Assembly: GCA_951406725.2 (NCBI GenBank)
Contig: OX597833.1
Location: 64,480,001 to 64,544,000, forward strand
Origin: Octopus vulgaris
Taxonomy: Eukaryota
DNA length: 64,000 nucleotides
Direction of reading: 5' to 3'
Shown: positions 30,277 through 44,666 of the stretch, in pieces
Position numbering within the stretch: position 1 is the stretch's first letter
Layout: each line of letters starts with the position of its first letter
Made by a program: the position numbers and the translations under genes
The notes under the pieces: generated by a model
The model's input: the letters and a program-made list of their open reading frames with translations, nothing else
Told to the model about the DNA's origin: nothing
Database searches by the model: none

Positions 30277-31204
30277 CAAGCATATACGCACAGGCATATA
30301 TACACACCGGATTTCTATGTCATTTTTCTTTCTGATTGTCCTCCACACTGAGTGCTTTTACAAATCTTCGCCAATGTACACATGGAAACAAAAGTCTGAG
30401 GTTTAAAAGAATTATCTAAAAAGTAGTCTTTAAACGTCGAATGGCAGTGGTGGTCCGCCAGAACAAAATGGTAATCGAAGATGTTCATCTATAAAATATA
30501 CTTGGGAATCACTGATCTAAAATCTCCAAGGCGGTACTCCAGCATGGCCGCAGGGCAATGGCTATAACAGATAGACGACAAAAGATGAGATAGTCACTGC
30601 TTCTTTCGTTGAATATTCGCCACATATCTAAGTTAACATGGAGAGAAACATAATAATAATATTTTCGCGTGATGGGGCTTTTAACAATAAGAAGCTATTT
30701 TTCTGGGCGGTCTGTGACCCCAGATGACATTCGAAAGAAAGATCACAGTGATTAACATCGTAAAACTTTTCTCTAACCAAAAAGCATTTTAAGTCTTCAA
30801 CACAAAAGAAAATGAAGCATAAAAATTGGCCGAACCTGCTGCCATTCATCTCGGCAGTTAATTCTGAGTTATTGTTACATGTCTGCCGAATCTGAATTTA
30901 AAAAGCAGACGGAGAAGATGCGGATCCATAAAACACGGCAATAGGAACAACATGATAAATTAGCTGCTAAAATAATCGTTATTTTTTTCTTCCATTTTGT
31001 GCGAGTATGTGTGTATATCTGTGTGCGTGTGTGTTGGTTTCTGTGACGTAAAATATTTTATGGTGAAGGACAAAAGAGAGTTCTAAGCAGTTAAGCAGGT
31101 ACCGAAAAAGCATACATACACATTCACACATCACACATCACACATATATACACACACACAAAAAACACATACACCAACACACCACAGACTCACACACCCA
31201 CATA

Positions 31205-31243
<39 letters not shown>

Positions 31244-31316
31244 TAATTTTAATATATCCATATATATATATAGACCCACATACATATATATATATATACA
31301 TACACACAACACAAGT

Positions 31317-31366
<50 letters not shown>

Positions 31367-32785
31367 ATATGCATATGGAGGTAATCGTTCATATATGAAT
31401 GTGTTTGAGTGCGTGTATTTGTGCATATAAACGCACACATACATAAGTGACTCACGCGTTAAAAAGTTCATGCATTGAACCTGTGTATGTGTGAGTATGT
31501 GACCGCGTGTATGGCTGTGTGCGGTGTACCTTCTTGGCTAGCAAGCAAGCTGTCTATATTTGCTACACAGACTCAATTATGTATAGCCGCCATTATTCTT
31601 GCATAACACTTTATCTAATCTTCCATTTTTCTTCCGTTGTTCGCCTCGACTTTACTCCATTAATATTATGGTTTCTCTGATAAAAGCCAAGAAAACCAAA
31701 AACCTGTTTGCATCAGATTTGATTTTGGAGCATAAATGCTCGAATGTATCCACGCGTCTGTCTGTATGTCATCACACATTCACACACAAAAACACATAGT
31801 CACATAAACACACACAAACTCGGTGCCCCAGCATGGCCACAGCTCGTGAGCTGAAACTAGATGAAAGGAAATGAAATATATATAATCACTCGCCTTATTG
31901 CGATTCACCTATCACGCCGGACATGCAAAAAATAGCAGCCACACCTTTCCTTTTCTGGGGAACGGAGCCGTTGACGCATGATTTCAATGCAACATACGTT
32001 GAAAGCATGCGTAATAAAATGGAAGAGAAAAAAGCCCACGAAACAAAACGCAGTACATCAAGGACTTTTCTGGCCAATATATGTAAAGTTGTATCGCGGA
32101 CTTCTCAGTATGTCGCGTCTCTCCGAGAAAGATGGGTATTTATAGCTTTTTTCGATTTGAATTTGCATTTGAACAAGCATTCTCAAGCCTAAAAATCAAT
32201 AGATTAATAAATAGTGATACAGAAAGTGCACTGCACTGTATAACACTTTAATATATCAAAAGAATAAACGTAATGTACAGTAGATGAGTAAACAAATAAT
32301 CGCACATACTGTATCGGATACGAAACTAAGGAGGCGAGTGTATGCTAGTGTTTTGCATTTACCTGCATACTGTTAAAAGTGAAGTTCAATCTTGCTTGCT
32401 TGCCTGCTTGCAATGTTACACAGCCAAACTCGCGCATAATGAGGAAATACTTTGAAAGTAAAGTGCCCCTAAAATGTGAATGCGAATGGAATAAAACAAG
32501 TTTCGCGTAAATCGAACCAGTAGTTATTGAGATATTCGGGGTTTTGGTTATAGATACCCAAAACAGTGCATAATGGGAAAATACTCCGAAAATAACTTCA
32601 CCCTGAAAGGAAAGAAACTCTAACGCTTCGATTAGAGACATGATAGGCAAAATATTTTTAAGTGAAAGCGACTTTTAAAATACGGTAAATATTTCGTAAA
32701 AGACCCGTTCGTGACCTCGATGTTAAATTTTTTTTTTTCATAGGTTTCTTTCGAGTGCTTTCAACGTATCTCACCTCCAAAGATT

Positions 32786-32890
32786 TGGCTGCTATTTCTA
32801 GCACACTCTGCTACCACGTAACAGCTATTTGCGATAAAGGACTCGAAATACGTGTTACGAGGTAGTAGAACATGCAAGAAATAGCAGCCA
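32786..32890. repeat. 105-nt fold-back (hairpin) element
   Basis: TGGCTGCTATTTCTAGCA/TGCAAGAAATAGCAGCCA, TCTGCTACC/GGTAGTAGA, CGTAACA/TGTTACG, TATTT/AAATA. Confidence 0.8.
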
Positions 32891-34244
32891 CACCTTTCCT
32901 TTTCTGGAGAGTGTTGTTTTGCATTTATCTATATACTATTAAAAGTGAAGTTCAATCTTGCTTGCTTGCCTGGTTGCAATGTTACACAGCCAAACTCGCG
33001 CATAATGAGGAAACACTTTGAAAGTAAAGCGCCCCTGAAATATGAATGCAAATGGAATAAAACAAGTTGACGCTTGATTTCGATGTCACATTCGTTGAGA
33101 GCATGCAAAATAACATGGAAGAGAAAAAAACCCACGAAACAAAACTCAGTTGCTCTTCATGACGAATGTCCTCCTAAAATTGTAGCGATATGCGTAGTAA
33201 TTTGTGAACGTGCATAAATTACATTCACGAACACACACAGAGAAATATCCTGCCTTTTATATATATAGATTATAAGAGGCCTCTGACCAACTGTGCCCGG
33301 AACGTGATGTTGTTACGCGTGATAATAATTTGAATTTGCGGCGAGAGACTATCTAACAGGGTTTCTACGTTTCAGATAACTTAACAATCATCATAGAAGC
33401 AAATAATTGAACATGATAGAAAAACAAAGAACAGCGAAGAAGATGGAAAAGTTATGGAAATGTTATGAAGCTTGGTATGTGTGAATTAGATATAAATGAT
33501 TCAGGAAATCCTTTCTTGGAATCGTAAACAATCCGAAAATTAATAAGATTTCCAAAACGTAATTCATTCCAGCATGAAAGTAAGATATTGCTTAAATCTC
33601 TGCTATTTGTTTACGCTGTTCTTATTCCTCTATTCTACCACGCTCACGCAGAATATAGACAGATTTTAATCTCGGTATACATTATTCAAATTTCATTCCA
33701 TTTCTAATTATATTTGGATAAAACCGATTATAATTTATCTTATGACGTAAATGTTCCGCTTGTATTTTGGATGTTGTACACAGGTTTGTTTTCTGTGTTA
33801 TTGTAGAATTACAAAGACATGTGGTGTTTCCTATCCAAAACTAATTTCTACACGCTTGCTTCACATTTCGTTTACAATAATTTAAATATATTTGCATAAT
33901 CAATTCGCGGTTCATGCGGTTTATTGATCCAGTTTTGTTTCAGGTACAGCATCTCAAACTGGTTTAGCATCCCCCCCTACATTTGCCCGTCTTTCCCCTT
34001 TCTTAAATTATAGAAGCAAATAAGAAAATGACTTTCATCCGTGATTTATATTCAAGGTGATAATCGGGGGCGGATTTTCTAATTTTATTTCGTGAAAAAA
34101 ATTGGTCAACTTGTCATATATTTCCGGCGTTTTTTTTTTCTATCTTGTAGAACAGTTTCTTGTCTCTTGCTATAACATTCGAACCTCAGAATTAGGTCTT
34201 CCAATTTATTATAAAATCCCCCAAAATATGAAAAGAAGGAAATC

Positions 34245-34403
34245 CAGTAGTGGCTGTGTGGTAAGAAGCTTACTTCGCAGCCACATGGTTCCGAGTTCAA
34301 ATCCCGCTGCATGGCATGTTAGGCACGTGTCTTATGCTATGGCCACGAGCAGACCAAAGCCTTTTGAGTGGATTTGGTAGGCGGAAACTGAAAGAAGCCG
34401 GTC

Positions 34404-34455
<52 letters not shown>

Positions 34456-34618
34456 GACAGGCTTCTTTCAGTTTCCGTCTAGCAAATCCATTCACAAGGT
34501 ATTGGTCGGCCCGAGGCTATAGCAGAAGACACTTGCCCAAGGTGCCACGCAGTTGAACTGAACCCGGAACCATGTGGTTGGTTAGCAAGCTACTTACCAC
34601 ACAGCCACTCCTACGCCT
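34245..34618. mobile_element. Two SINE family A 5' halves in inverted orientation joined by (TA)n
   Basis: 34245-34405 on + and 34451-34618 on -. Confidence 0.8.
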
Positions 34619-34982
34619 ACATATGCATATATGTATATTATGAAGTAGCTTGTCCTTTCATGAATTTGTACGTATATTTGTCAAATTTTGGGAATGCACA
34701 TGGTTGCCATTTTCTGGAAACATATTTTCGTATTTACTCTATGGAGGAAGGCAACTTTCTTAAAAAATATGAGACTTAAGAAACCCTTACCAATTCCCTT
34801 AATAAAATCGACAAAATCAGTATCAGCCCATGTCTTTTGGTCACTATATATGACCAAATATCCTTGAAAGTTCTGCCCGATATGTAACTGACCATACAAC
34901 AACTATGAGGAGGACAAGCATAAAAGTCTTACAATATCTATTGACGTACATTTACGATGATTAATTGCTAAGAATAACAAAA

Positions 34983-35579
34983 AACAAGAGCACTCAGAGA
35001 ACGCAAACCTCCGCCGCGGCAACACCCACGTCCTCTCAACGATTATCCAGAGATGACTTTAAAAATTAGAATATCTGAAATAAATTCGACTGCTTTCACG
35101 AAAGACAATACTAGAAATGAACCCGTCAGCTCTCAAACATTAAAAAAAAGAAAAAACGGAAAAATAATCCAGAATTTTCGTCCTTTACCAGATCGATCCC
35201 ACAGTCTAATCCAGTGCTTTTCAACCTTTTTGCTGGAGCGGAACCCCCAAAGAAACATTCCACTGGCTCGAGGAACCCGTGTGCAATGATTTAATAGTCT
35301 TATGCACACGTATCTGCACAGGAGAATTTAAAAATTACTGCCGATTTTAACAGTTTTGTAACTTCTTGCGGAACCTCTGGACTGTACCGGCGGAACCCTG
35401 GTTGAAAACCACTGGTCTAATCAGTTCGTGCCAGACACGAGGCCAAACATCCCTGAAAATTTCAACCGAAAATATTCAGCGATTCTTGTGATATCTTGTC
35501 CAAGGACAAACAAACAAACAAACGAACAAACGTGACTGAAAAAACAATACCTCCGACTTCGCTGAGGCGGACGTAATAA
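34983..35579 (-). mobile_element. Helentron-associated (HINE/DINE-1-like) non-autonomous element
   Basis: Subterminal inverted repeats CCTCCGCC/GGCGGA, internal inverted repeat, (TTTG)n microsatellite, terminal palindrome GCACTC..GAACGC, T-rich insertion site. Confidence 0.6.
35212..35414. mobile_element. hAT-superfamily MITE
   Basis: TIRs CAGTGCTTTTCAACC / GGTTGAAAACCACTG; perfect 8-bp TSD GTCTAATC (35204-35211 and 35415-35422). Confidence 0.85.
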
Positions 35580-35938
35580 TGCATAAACTCCATGAACTTG
35601 ATCGATTCGCTACCTACGCCATTTTGAAATGAAATTGACGGGTAATTAAATAATAAGTACTGCATGAAATTATTTTACATATTTTTTTTTTAACATTTAG
35701 AATCGTCTTTTTTTTTACTTGTTTTCTCTTTTTACTTGCCGTCATTATTCTCTACATTAACTTTAAAATTTATTTAATTACTGCATTATGTTTGAAATAA
35801 AATCATAACAATTTTTACCAACCAACTAAATAATCAGACGACAGGAAAGACGAAGAGAAAATTGTAATATTTAATTATAGTAATTTGGAGAATTTTTGTG
35901 GAAAGACAAGTACTTTCCAATGTCCGATACTACCGTGC

Positions 35939-35986
<48 letters not shown>

Positions 35987-36330
35987 TGTGAATGCATGTG
36001 TGAAATATATGTGCGTGGGTGTGTGGAGGTGTGTACACATACACACACATTTATGTGCATGTGTGTGTCTACATATATATATATATATATATATATTCCT
36101 CTTTACAGATACTCACACATATATATATGCATGTATATTTATGTATATATATATATATATATTCCCGTGTGCGCGTGTGTGGATTTGCATATATGTGTAC
36201 GAGTGCATGTATTGCAGTGGGAATATATCTATGTAATTATATATGCGTATATAAATACACAAACAAGCGCCACGTAAGCATGAATACACCCCCCCACATA
36301 TATGTATATGTATATATATATACACACACA

Positions 36331-36405
<75 letters not shown>

Positions 36406-38118
36406 CGCTGTCGGACGCATAAACAGGACTACAAGCACACATACCCACATGCATTGGTGCGAGGCACAATATGAGAAGAATTGATTTAGGAAGTAAATTT
36501 GCTCATGATTACAAAAAAAAGAAAAGAAAGAAAAAACCAGCCTCAGCATATAGTCCTATACGCATTTGTGGAGCTCCACTATAGATACATACGCATAGAT
36601 GTAGAGAACGGATAACGAAGATAGGTAATTGAGTGTAAAGTGAAAATTTGCATCGAAGGCAAAATCAAGAACAAACGATATCTATCTACGATGTTATAAA
36701 TTAAGCAACTGGCCGTCAGAAGCCCGTTGTAAAGTCTGTACACACTTAATCAGACATACTTATACATTCATATGTAATCGAAAACGTAGATATACACAAA
36801 CATACACACGCGTACACACGCATGTATATATAATTACATATGTTATTCAACGTTGCTAGGGTGTTAGGAAACATCTACATTGCAAGAAATAAGAGCTAAA
36901 CCGCTCTGATACTGTCCTTAACGGACATGAATGGAAGCATATACACTAACAGGGAGCATAATCGTCCGAAATGTTGCCGATTATGACATTTAGTGACGTT
37001 TGTAAATCTTTCTGATGAAACATTGTAAACTGCTGTTTATATATATATGACGGGCTTCTTTTTAGGTTTTTTTTTCGTCTGACGAAATTATACTCATGTC
37101 ACATAAATGTAAATTTAATGTACAAATTTGTACATTAAATTTTTGAGTATCAATCGAAACGGTTGTAAGAAGCGAAGACGAGCAATTTGCAATTTGTTGT
37201 TTATGATAAACAGTTATTGACTTTTTAATCTCCATTTTCTTTTATTTTTACAAACACACACACACACACACATACACACACACACACACACACATATCTT
37301 TAGATGCTGAAACAAGTCAACCAGTAGTCAAAAGCAACGGGTAGACCAAGAACGATATCCTTGGATAATATTGTCAATCACAGTTGGTCACTAATGTGAA
37401 TCTTCGCCGAAAAGGGAGATTACAGTTGCTTCTGGTAGGACCCTATAGAGGAGGTACCCGAGGGCGCTACCCTCATGCTCTTTTCAGAAACAAGAGGCTG
37501 CACAAAGAAACGGATGTAGGAATTTCATTTTGGTGCAATCGGAATCAAACTGGAACCCTGATATACGAATTTTCTAAGCAAACATTATAAACATTTTCCT
37601 ATATTCTATTTCGAATCTAAACCGTTTCGAAGATAAAAAAAACCTCCCCCACCACACCGCCATGCTCTCGTCGCTGCCTCAAATTCACTTTCAGATTTAA
37701 ACATTCCTGTCTATATGAAAATGAAAACGAAATGTGTGCATTTGCCCTCTTTCTGAATCTGTGTAATCTCCTCACCTTATATTAAGTGGAAACCGTTGTC
37801 TTTTTTTTCTTTTTCCGTTCTGAAGATAGATTATTTTCTTGAAGAAAAAAAAAATAATAATAATAATAAAAACAAAAGTAAAAACCTCGAAATGTAAAAA
37901 GAAAAAAACGAAAGACATGAACAAACAAACAAACGAGTTATTTGCTTTCTAGACTAAAAGCCGATTTATAATCAATAACGATTGTCAGGCATTTAAAATG
38001 AACACGTGTAGCTATATACGTATCGATTTGAAACTTAGGTACACAGTCGTACATTTTAAGGGAAGGGAAGAGGCTGTGATCGAATTTAGTCGACTGCGTT
38101 CTTCGATGTTGCTCAGAT

Positions 38119-39444
38119 ATTTTATCGACCCTAGAAGGGAGGAAATATTAAACAGACTCCGGCGTGATTAGAAATCTGAACGTAAAGTGACACAACAATG
38201 TAATATCCAAATTTTCTATAATGGATGGTATCCCAACCGTGACTCTCACGTTTGTTTAATTGTCTATCATCATCTAAATGCTCATTTTATCGACACTAGA
38301 AGGGAGGAAATATTAAACAGACTCCGGCGTGATTAGAAATCTGAACGTAAAGTGACACAACAATGTAATATCTAACTTTTCTATGGTGGATGGTATCCCA
38401 ACCGTGGCTCTCACGTTTGTTTAATTGTCTATCATCATCTAAATGCTCATTTTATCGACCCTAGAAGGGAGGAAATATTAAATAGACGCAGGCGTGATTA
38501 GAAATCTGAACGTAAAGTGACACAACAATGTAATATCCAAATTTTCTATAATGGATGGTATCCCAACCGTGACTCTCACGTTTGTTTAATTGTCTATCAT
38601 CATCTAAATGCTCATTTTATCGACCCTAGAAGGGAGGAAATATTAAACAAACGCAGGCGTGATTAGAAATCTGAACGTAAAGTGACACAACAATGTAATA
38701 TCTAACTTTTCTATAATGGATGGTATCCCAACCGTGACTCTCACGTTTGTTTAATTGTCTATCATCATCTAAATGCTCATTTTATCGACCCTAGAAGGGA
38801 GGAAATATTAAACAAACGCCGGCGTGATTAGAAATCTGAACGTAAAGTGACACAACAATGTAATATCCAAATTTTCTATAATGGATGGTATCCCAACCGT
38901 GACTCTCACGTTTGTTTAATTGTCTATCATCATCTAAATGCTCATTTTATCGACCCTAGAAGGGAGGAAATATTAAACAAACGCCGGCGTGATTAGAAAT
39001 CTGAACGTAAAGTGACACAACAATGTAATATCCAAATTTTCTATAATGGATGGTATCCCAACCGTGACTCTCACGTTTGTTTAATTGTCTATCATCATCT
39101 AAATGCTCATTTTATCGACCCTAGAAGGGAGGAAATATTAAACAAACGCCGGCGTGATTAGAAATCTGAACGTAAAGTGACACAACAATGTAATATCCAA
39201 ATTTTCTATAATGGATGGTATCCCAACCGTGACTCTCACGTTTGTTTAATTGTCTATCATCATCTAAATGCTCATTTTATCGACCCTAGAAGGGAGGAAA
39301 TATTAAATAGACGCCGGCGTGATTAGAAATCTGAACGTAAAGTAACACAACAATGTAATATCGAAATTTTCTCTGAAGGATGGTATCCCAACCGTGGCCC
39401 CCGCGTTTGTTTAATTGTCTATCATCATCTAAATGCTCATTTTT
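38119..39444. repeat. 165-bp tandem repeat, 8 copies
   Basis: TTTATCGAC starts at 38121, 38286, 38451, 38616, 38781, 38946, 39111 and 39276; a few variants between copies. Confidence 0.95.
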
Positions 39445-39625
39445 ATATATATTGTTGGTTATCCACACATCCTCTGATATAGCAAAGGATTGAATATAAT
39501 CCAACCATGACCCTCACTTTTGTTTAATTGTCTATCATCGTCTAAATGCTCATTTTTATATATATTGTTGGTTATCCACACATCCTCTGATACAGCAAAG
39601 GATTGAATATAATCCAACCATGACC
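39408..39625. repeat. 113-bp tandem duplication at the end of the 165-bp array
   Basis: TGTTTAATTGTCTATCATC..CCAACCATGACC at 39408 and 39521. Confidence 0.9.
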
Positions 39626-40596
39626 ACCTCTTTTAAAGTATTAATTTCAAACTTTGACAGAAGCCCAGCAATTTCGGGAGAAGGATAAATCGATCATCTC
39701 GACCCCCAGTGATTAACTGGTTCTTATTTTTAAGCCTGCACTAACCACGAAGAAAGAAAAATATTTGCTGTTACCATTCGGTTATTTTAGATGATGGCGG
39801 AGACTAATTTATTAAATGCAAATTGTTGGGTGTCGACGAGGACTTGGCTGTTGTTTCTGTTCTGACTGGTGACAGCACAGAAGTATTTTCCTTGGCACGA
39901 CATAAATTTTAGATAAAAATTGTTTTTTTAGGTTGGGTAAACAATGTTTTAGTTTAGACAATTGACACCGTTCGTTCCTGAGCTTCTTCAGGTTTCTTCA
40001 GAAAGAAACGAAGGAACGAAAAACAAAAAATAATATAAAAACAATAAGGAGAAAGGACTGAAAGAAAGGAAGGAAATGATGAAGGAAAAGCAAAAAAAAA
40101 AAAAAATACTGCAAAGAAGTATTGCCAGAATGAAAGGATATTAACAAAATAAATATTTTTCACATTGCTAAAGGCTATTTGCAGTGAAAGGAATTAATAG
40201 ATTCCGCTGTCAGTCACGTGGCATATCCGAAAATAGAGCTGAAGTCTCTTGCGATTCTATAGTACTAATAATAAATGGCTTCGTGTATTGATACAAGAAT
40301 TCATATTGGTAGATAAGACAGACATACAGACATACAGGCAGGCAGATACATCGTTGTTGATTAACTCAACGGCAGTAGGAATGGTTACCGAACCAGTAAG
40401 AATTATTAGTCAGGTTTTATTCAAATTACGACATAAAATATGAGCAGTGGGTGGTAGAAGAGTCAGGGCGGTGGGGACAAGATGACTTGTGTGATTTGTT
40501 CCGATATTTTGGTCTGTGAGTTAAAAATCCCTCAATGTTTCATTCTGCATTTTAGAATTGAGAAATAAAGTACCAGCCCTATTATTTAGGAATATA

Positions 40597-41262
<666 letters not shown>

Positions 41263-41990
41263 AAAAGCAAATAATAATAATAAGCCTTTCCACTAGAGGC
41301 ACGAGATCTGGAATTTTAGAGGAACCGCTAAGTTACGGGAACGTAAAGACGCCAACACCGGTTGTCAAGCGATGGTGGGACGATAAACACAGACACGCAA
41401 ACACACACAAGAAGAAGAGGAAGGCGGAAGAGGAGCAAGAGGAAAAGAAGGGGAAGGTGGGGAGATGGGGAAGAAGAAGAGGAGGAAAATGAAGAAGGAC
41501 ACGAAGGCGGAGAAAGAGATAAAAAAGAGGAGGTAAAATGAAGAAGAAGAAGAAGATGAAGAAGACGAAAAGGAAGGCGGAGGAGGGAAGTAAGAAAGGA
41601 AGAATAAGAGGAGGTAGGAGGAGAGGAAGAAGGAAGAGGAAGGAGGAGGGGGTAGAAAAAGGTAGAAAAGAAGGAAGATGATGATGAGGAGAATAACAAG
41701 AAGAATTTTGTGTCTGTTGACCTGGAAAGTTGTAAGTCAGAGTTTATTTGGGCAGAATTTGAGCTGTGAGCCTGGAAATCTGGAAGATATCCAGAAATCA
41801 TCCTCATCCGGTTCTCAAACGAGTTCGCCATGGAAACACCTTTTCCACGCAGATAATCGATATTTGAAAATAGATTGTTATGATTAGGTATGAAAATTTT
41901 AAACCGATGTTTGCAGTTATCTTTGAAAGGGCGAATCATATCGGTGATTATGCTTATACTACGAACAATACGGTATCTACAAAGGCTCTA

Positions 41991-42587
41991 AGGCGGCGAG
42001 CTGGCAGAAACGTTAGCATGCCGGGCGAAATGCGTAGCCGTATTTTGTCTGCCGTTACGTTCTGAGTTCAAATTCCGCCGAGGTCGACTTTGCATTTCAT
42101 TCTTCCGGGGTCGATAAATTAAGTACCATTTACGCACAGGGTTCGATGTAATCGATTTAATCCGTTTGTATGTCCTTGTTTGTCCCCTCTGTGTTTAGCC
42201 CCTTGTGGGTAGTAAAGGAATAGGTAATTCGTCTGCCGTTACGTTCTGAGTTCAAATTCCGCCAAAGTCGACTTTACGTTTCATCCTTTCGGGGTCGATT
42301 AAATAAGTATCAGTTAAGCACTGGGGTCGATGTAATCGATTTAATCCGTTTGTATATCCTTGTTTGTCCTCTCTTTGTTTAGCCCCTTGTGGGTAGTAAA
42401 GAAATAGGTATTTCGTCTGCCGTTACGTTCTGAGTTCAAATTCCGCCGAGGTCGACTTTGCCTTTCATCCTTTCGGGGTCGATTAAATAAGTACTAGTTG
42501 AACACTTGGGTCGATGTAATCGACTTAGTCCCATTGTCTGTCATATTTATCCCCTCTATGTTTAGCTTATTGTGGAGAATAAAGAAT
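41991..42587 (+). mobile_element. SINE family B trimer (one full unit plus two headless units)
   Basis: Repeat units restart at 42223 and 42407 (about 184 bp). Confidence 0.85.
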
Positions 42588-43266
42588 TAAAAAAAATATT
42601 ATGCACGCATCTGGGACTCACCCTCGGTCACACATTTCTGTTTGCGACGCATTAAGTCGAACTGGGAAAGCTCATGTGAAGAAAATGGCAGGCCGAGGAA
42701 TTTTAGAATAAATCTATGATAGACTCCGACCAGAAATTCATTTGGAAGAGACCAAACACTTTGCCTTCGACGACGCCAAGTACCTCCCAAAGGATGTCTT
42801 CGTTGTTCCTCACCATTAGCCCTTTATCTATATTATTGCTATAGTACAAATTCCCTTGACCGTTTTATCCGCTTGGTAGAGGGTGGTAAGCGCCTGACAC
42901 CACCACTACTACTACTAATAATAATAATATTAATAATAATGGTGATGATAATTTTTAAAATAACAACAAAGGCTAGTTTTTTTATATATATATTTATTCG
43001 TTAATTACTGTAAGCTTTATTGATTGGTTAAGTATACACAATGGAAAATTATAACAAAAGCACAGATGAGAAACCTTTGTTTTTAATCAACTTTATCAAC
43101 AACACATTGTTTGTTTGGCTAAGCAGAAATTTTTGAAGAGATAATCTGATTAAATTTTCACGTAATTTCGATTGTTAATTAAATGAAGAAAAGATAACCG
43201 AACAACCACAAAAAAAATTATATATAATATACTTATATATACATGTATGTATATATACATACAAGC

Positions 43267-43301
<35 letters not shown>

Positions 43302-43318
43302 AATGTGTGTGTGCTTGC

Positions 43319-43438
<120 letters not shown>

Positions 43439-43688
43439 GTATGTATATATGTATATATACATATGTATATGATAAGTGAGATCAGTGTTTTCATTCATGT
43501 ACGCAACAATATAAACAATAATGGCAATATCATAAAATTCCTTCGTTGGCACTTTGCCAATTTGTGTTGTGGAGGAATTCTTTCAGTCCATCGTCCATCT
43601 GTGGTTTCGTCTGTGTGTATATGGGCTTTCGTTTGTGTGTGTGTGTGTGTCTCAATCCGTGCCTGTATGTGTATAAATACATGTATGT

Positions 43689-43734
<46 letters not shown>

Positions 43735-44666
43735 GTGTGTGTGTGTCGATGTATATATATATATGTGTATGTGTGTGCATGTTTGTATATGTATGTGTGT
43801 GTACATGTGTGTGTTATATGTATATACACATACATATATATTTATAATTCATTCATACATCCGTACACAACACACACACACACACACACACATACATACA
43901 TATATATATATATATAACATACAGATATATATGTATATATATACGCATTTTTTATGTACATATCTCTATTCATATACATGTATGGATATTTATATATATA
44001 TATGTATATATATATGTATATACATATGTACATATATATATATATATATATATACATACATATATATACACCTATATATATATATTTATATATAAAGTTA
44101 TATACCTACTCGTATTCATAGTTGTGTGTGTATGTATATATATATATATATACACACATACATACATACAAACATATACGCACGCATATGTTTGTACGTA
44201 TCTGTTTACGTATATAAAGTTTCATTCTGTCCAAACAAAAATACGGAGAGTAGACACCTTGAAACCATTAAATGCTTTGATGCATTTAGTTCGGGTCTGG
44301 CGAATTCTTCGAAAGTGCAACCTCTAAAACAAATGAAATAAATTCATTTGTTTTCTCTATTTATTTGTCTCGCTTTCTTACACGAGACTTACTCCGAGAT
44401 TTTTTCTAGTGTAGACTTGTTCATAAACGATAGACGTGCTTACGTCTTCAAAAATACAAAACCAGTCGCTGAATCGGTATTTTTTCCTGTTCAATTTTCT
44501 GAACGGTTGTTGAAATCGAAGTACGGACAGCTCTCTTGGATACTTACGTTAGAAAATATGTTGTACTCCCGGTAAAAACAATGTCTGAAAGTTTGTGATG
44601 TGCTCAAAGAAAAACATAGGCCCAAATCGTTATTGAATTACGCGATAAAAAATTAGAATACATATA

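Noticed and set aside
38119-39444. CRISPR array or retrozyme
   Set aside because: Whole units repeat with no unique spacers, the context is eukaryotic, and no hammerhead core was found on either strand.
39960-40005. Minus-strand CTGAAGAAGCTC..GAAC motif
   Set aside because: GAAA and stem II are broken; cannot be called a ribozyme.
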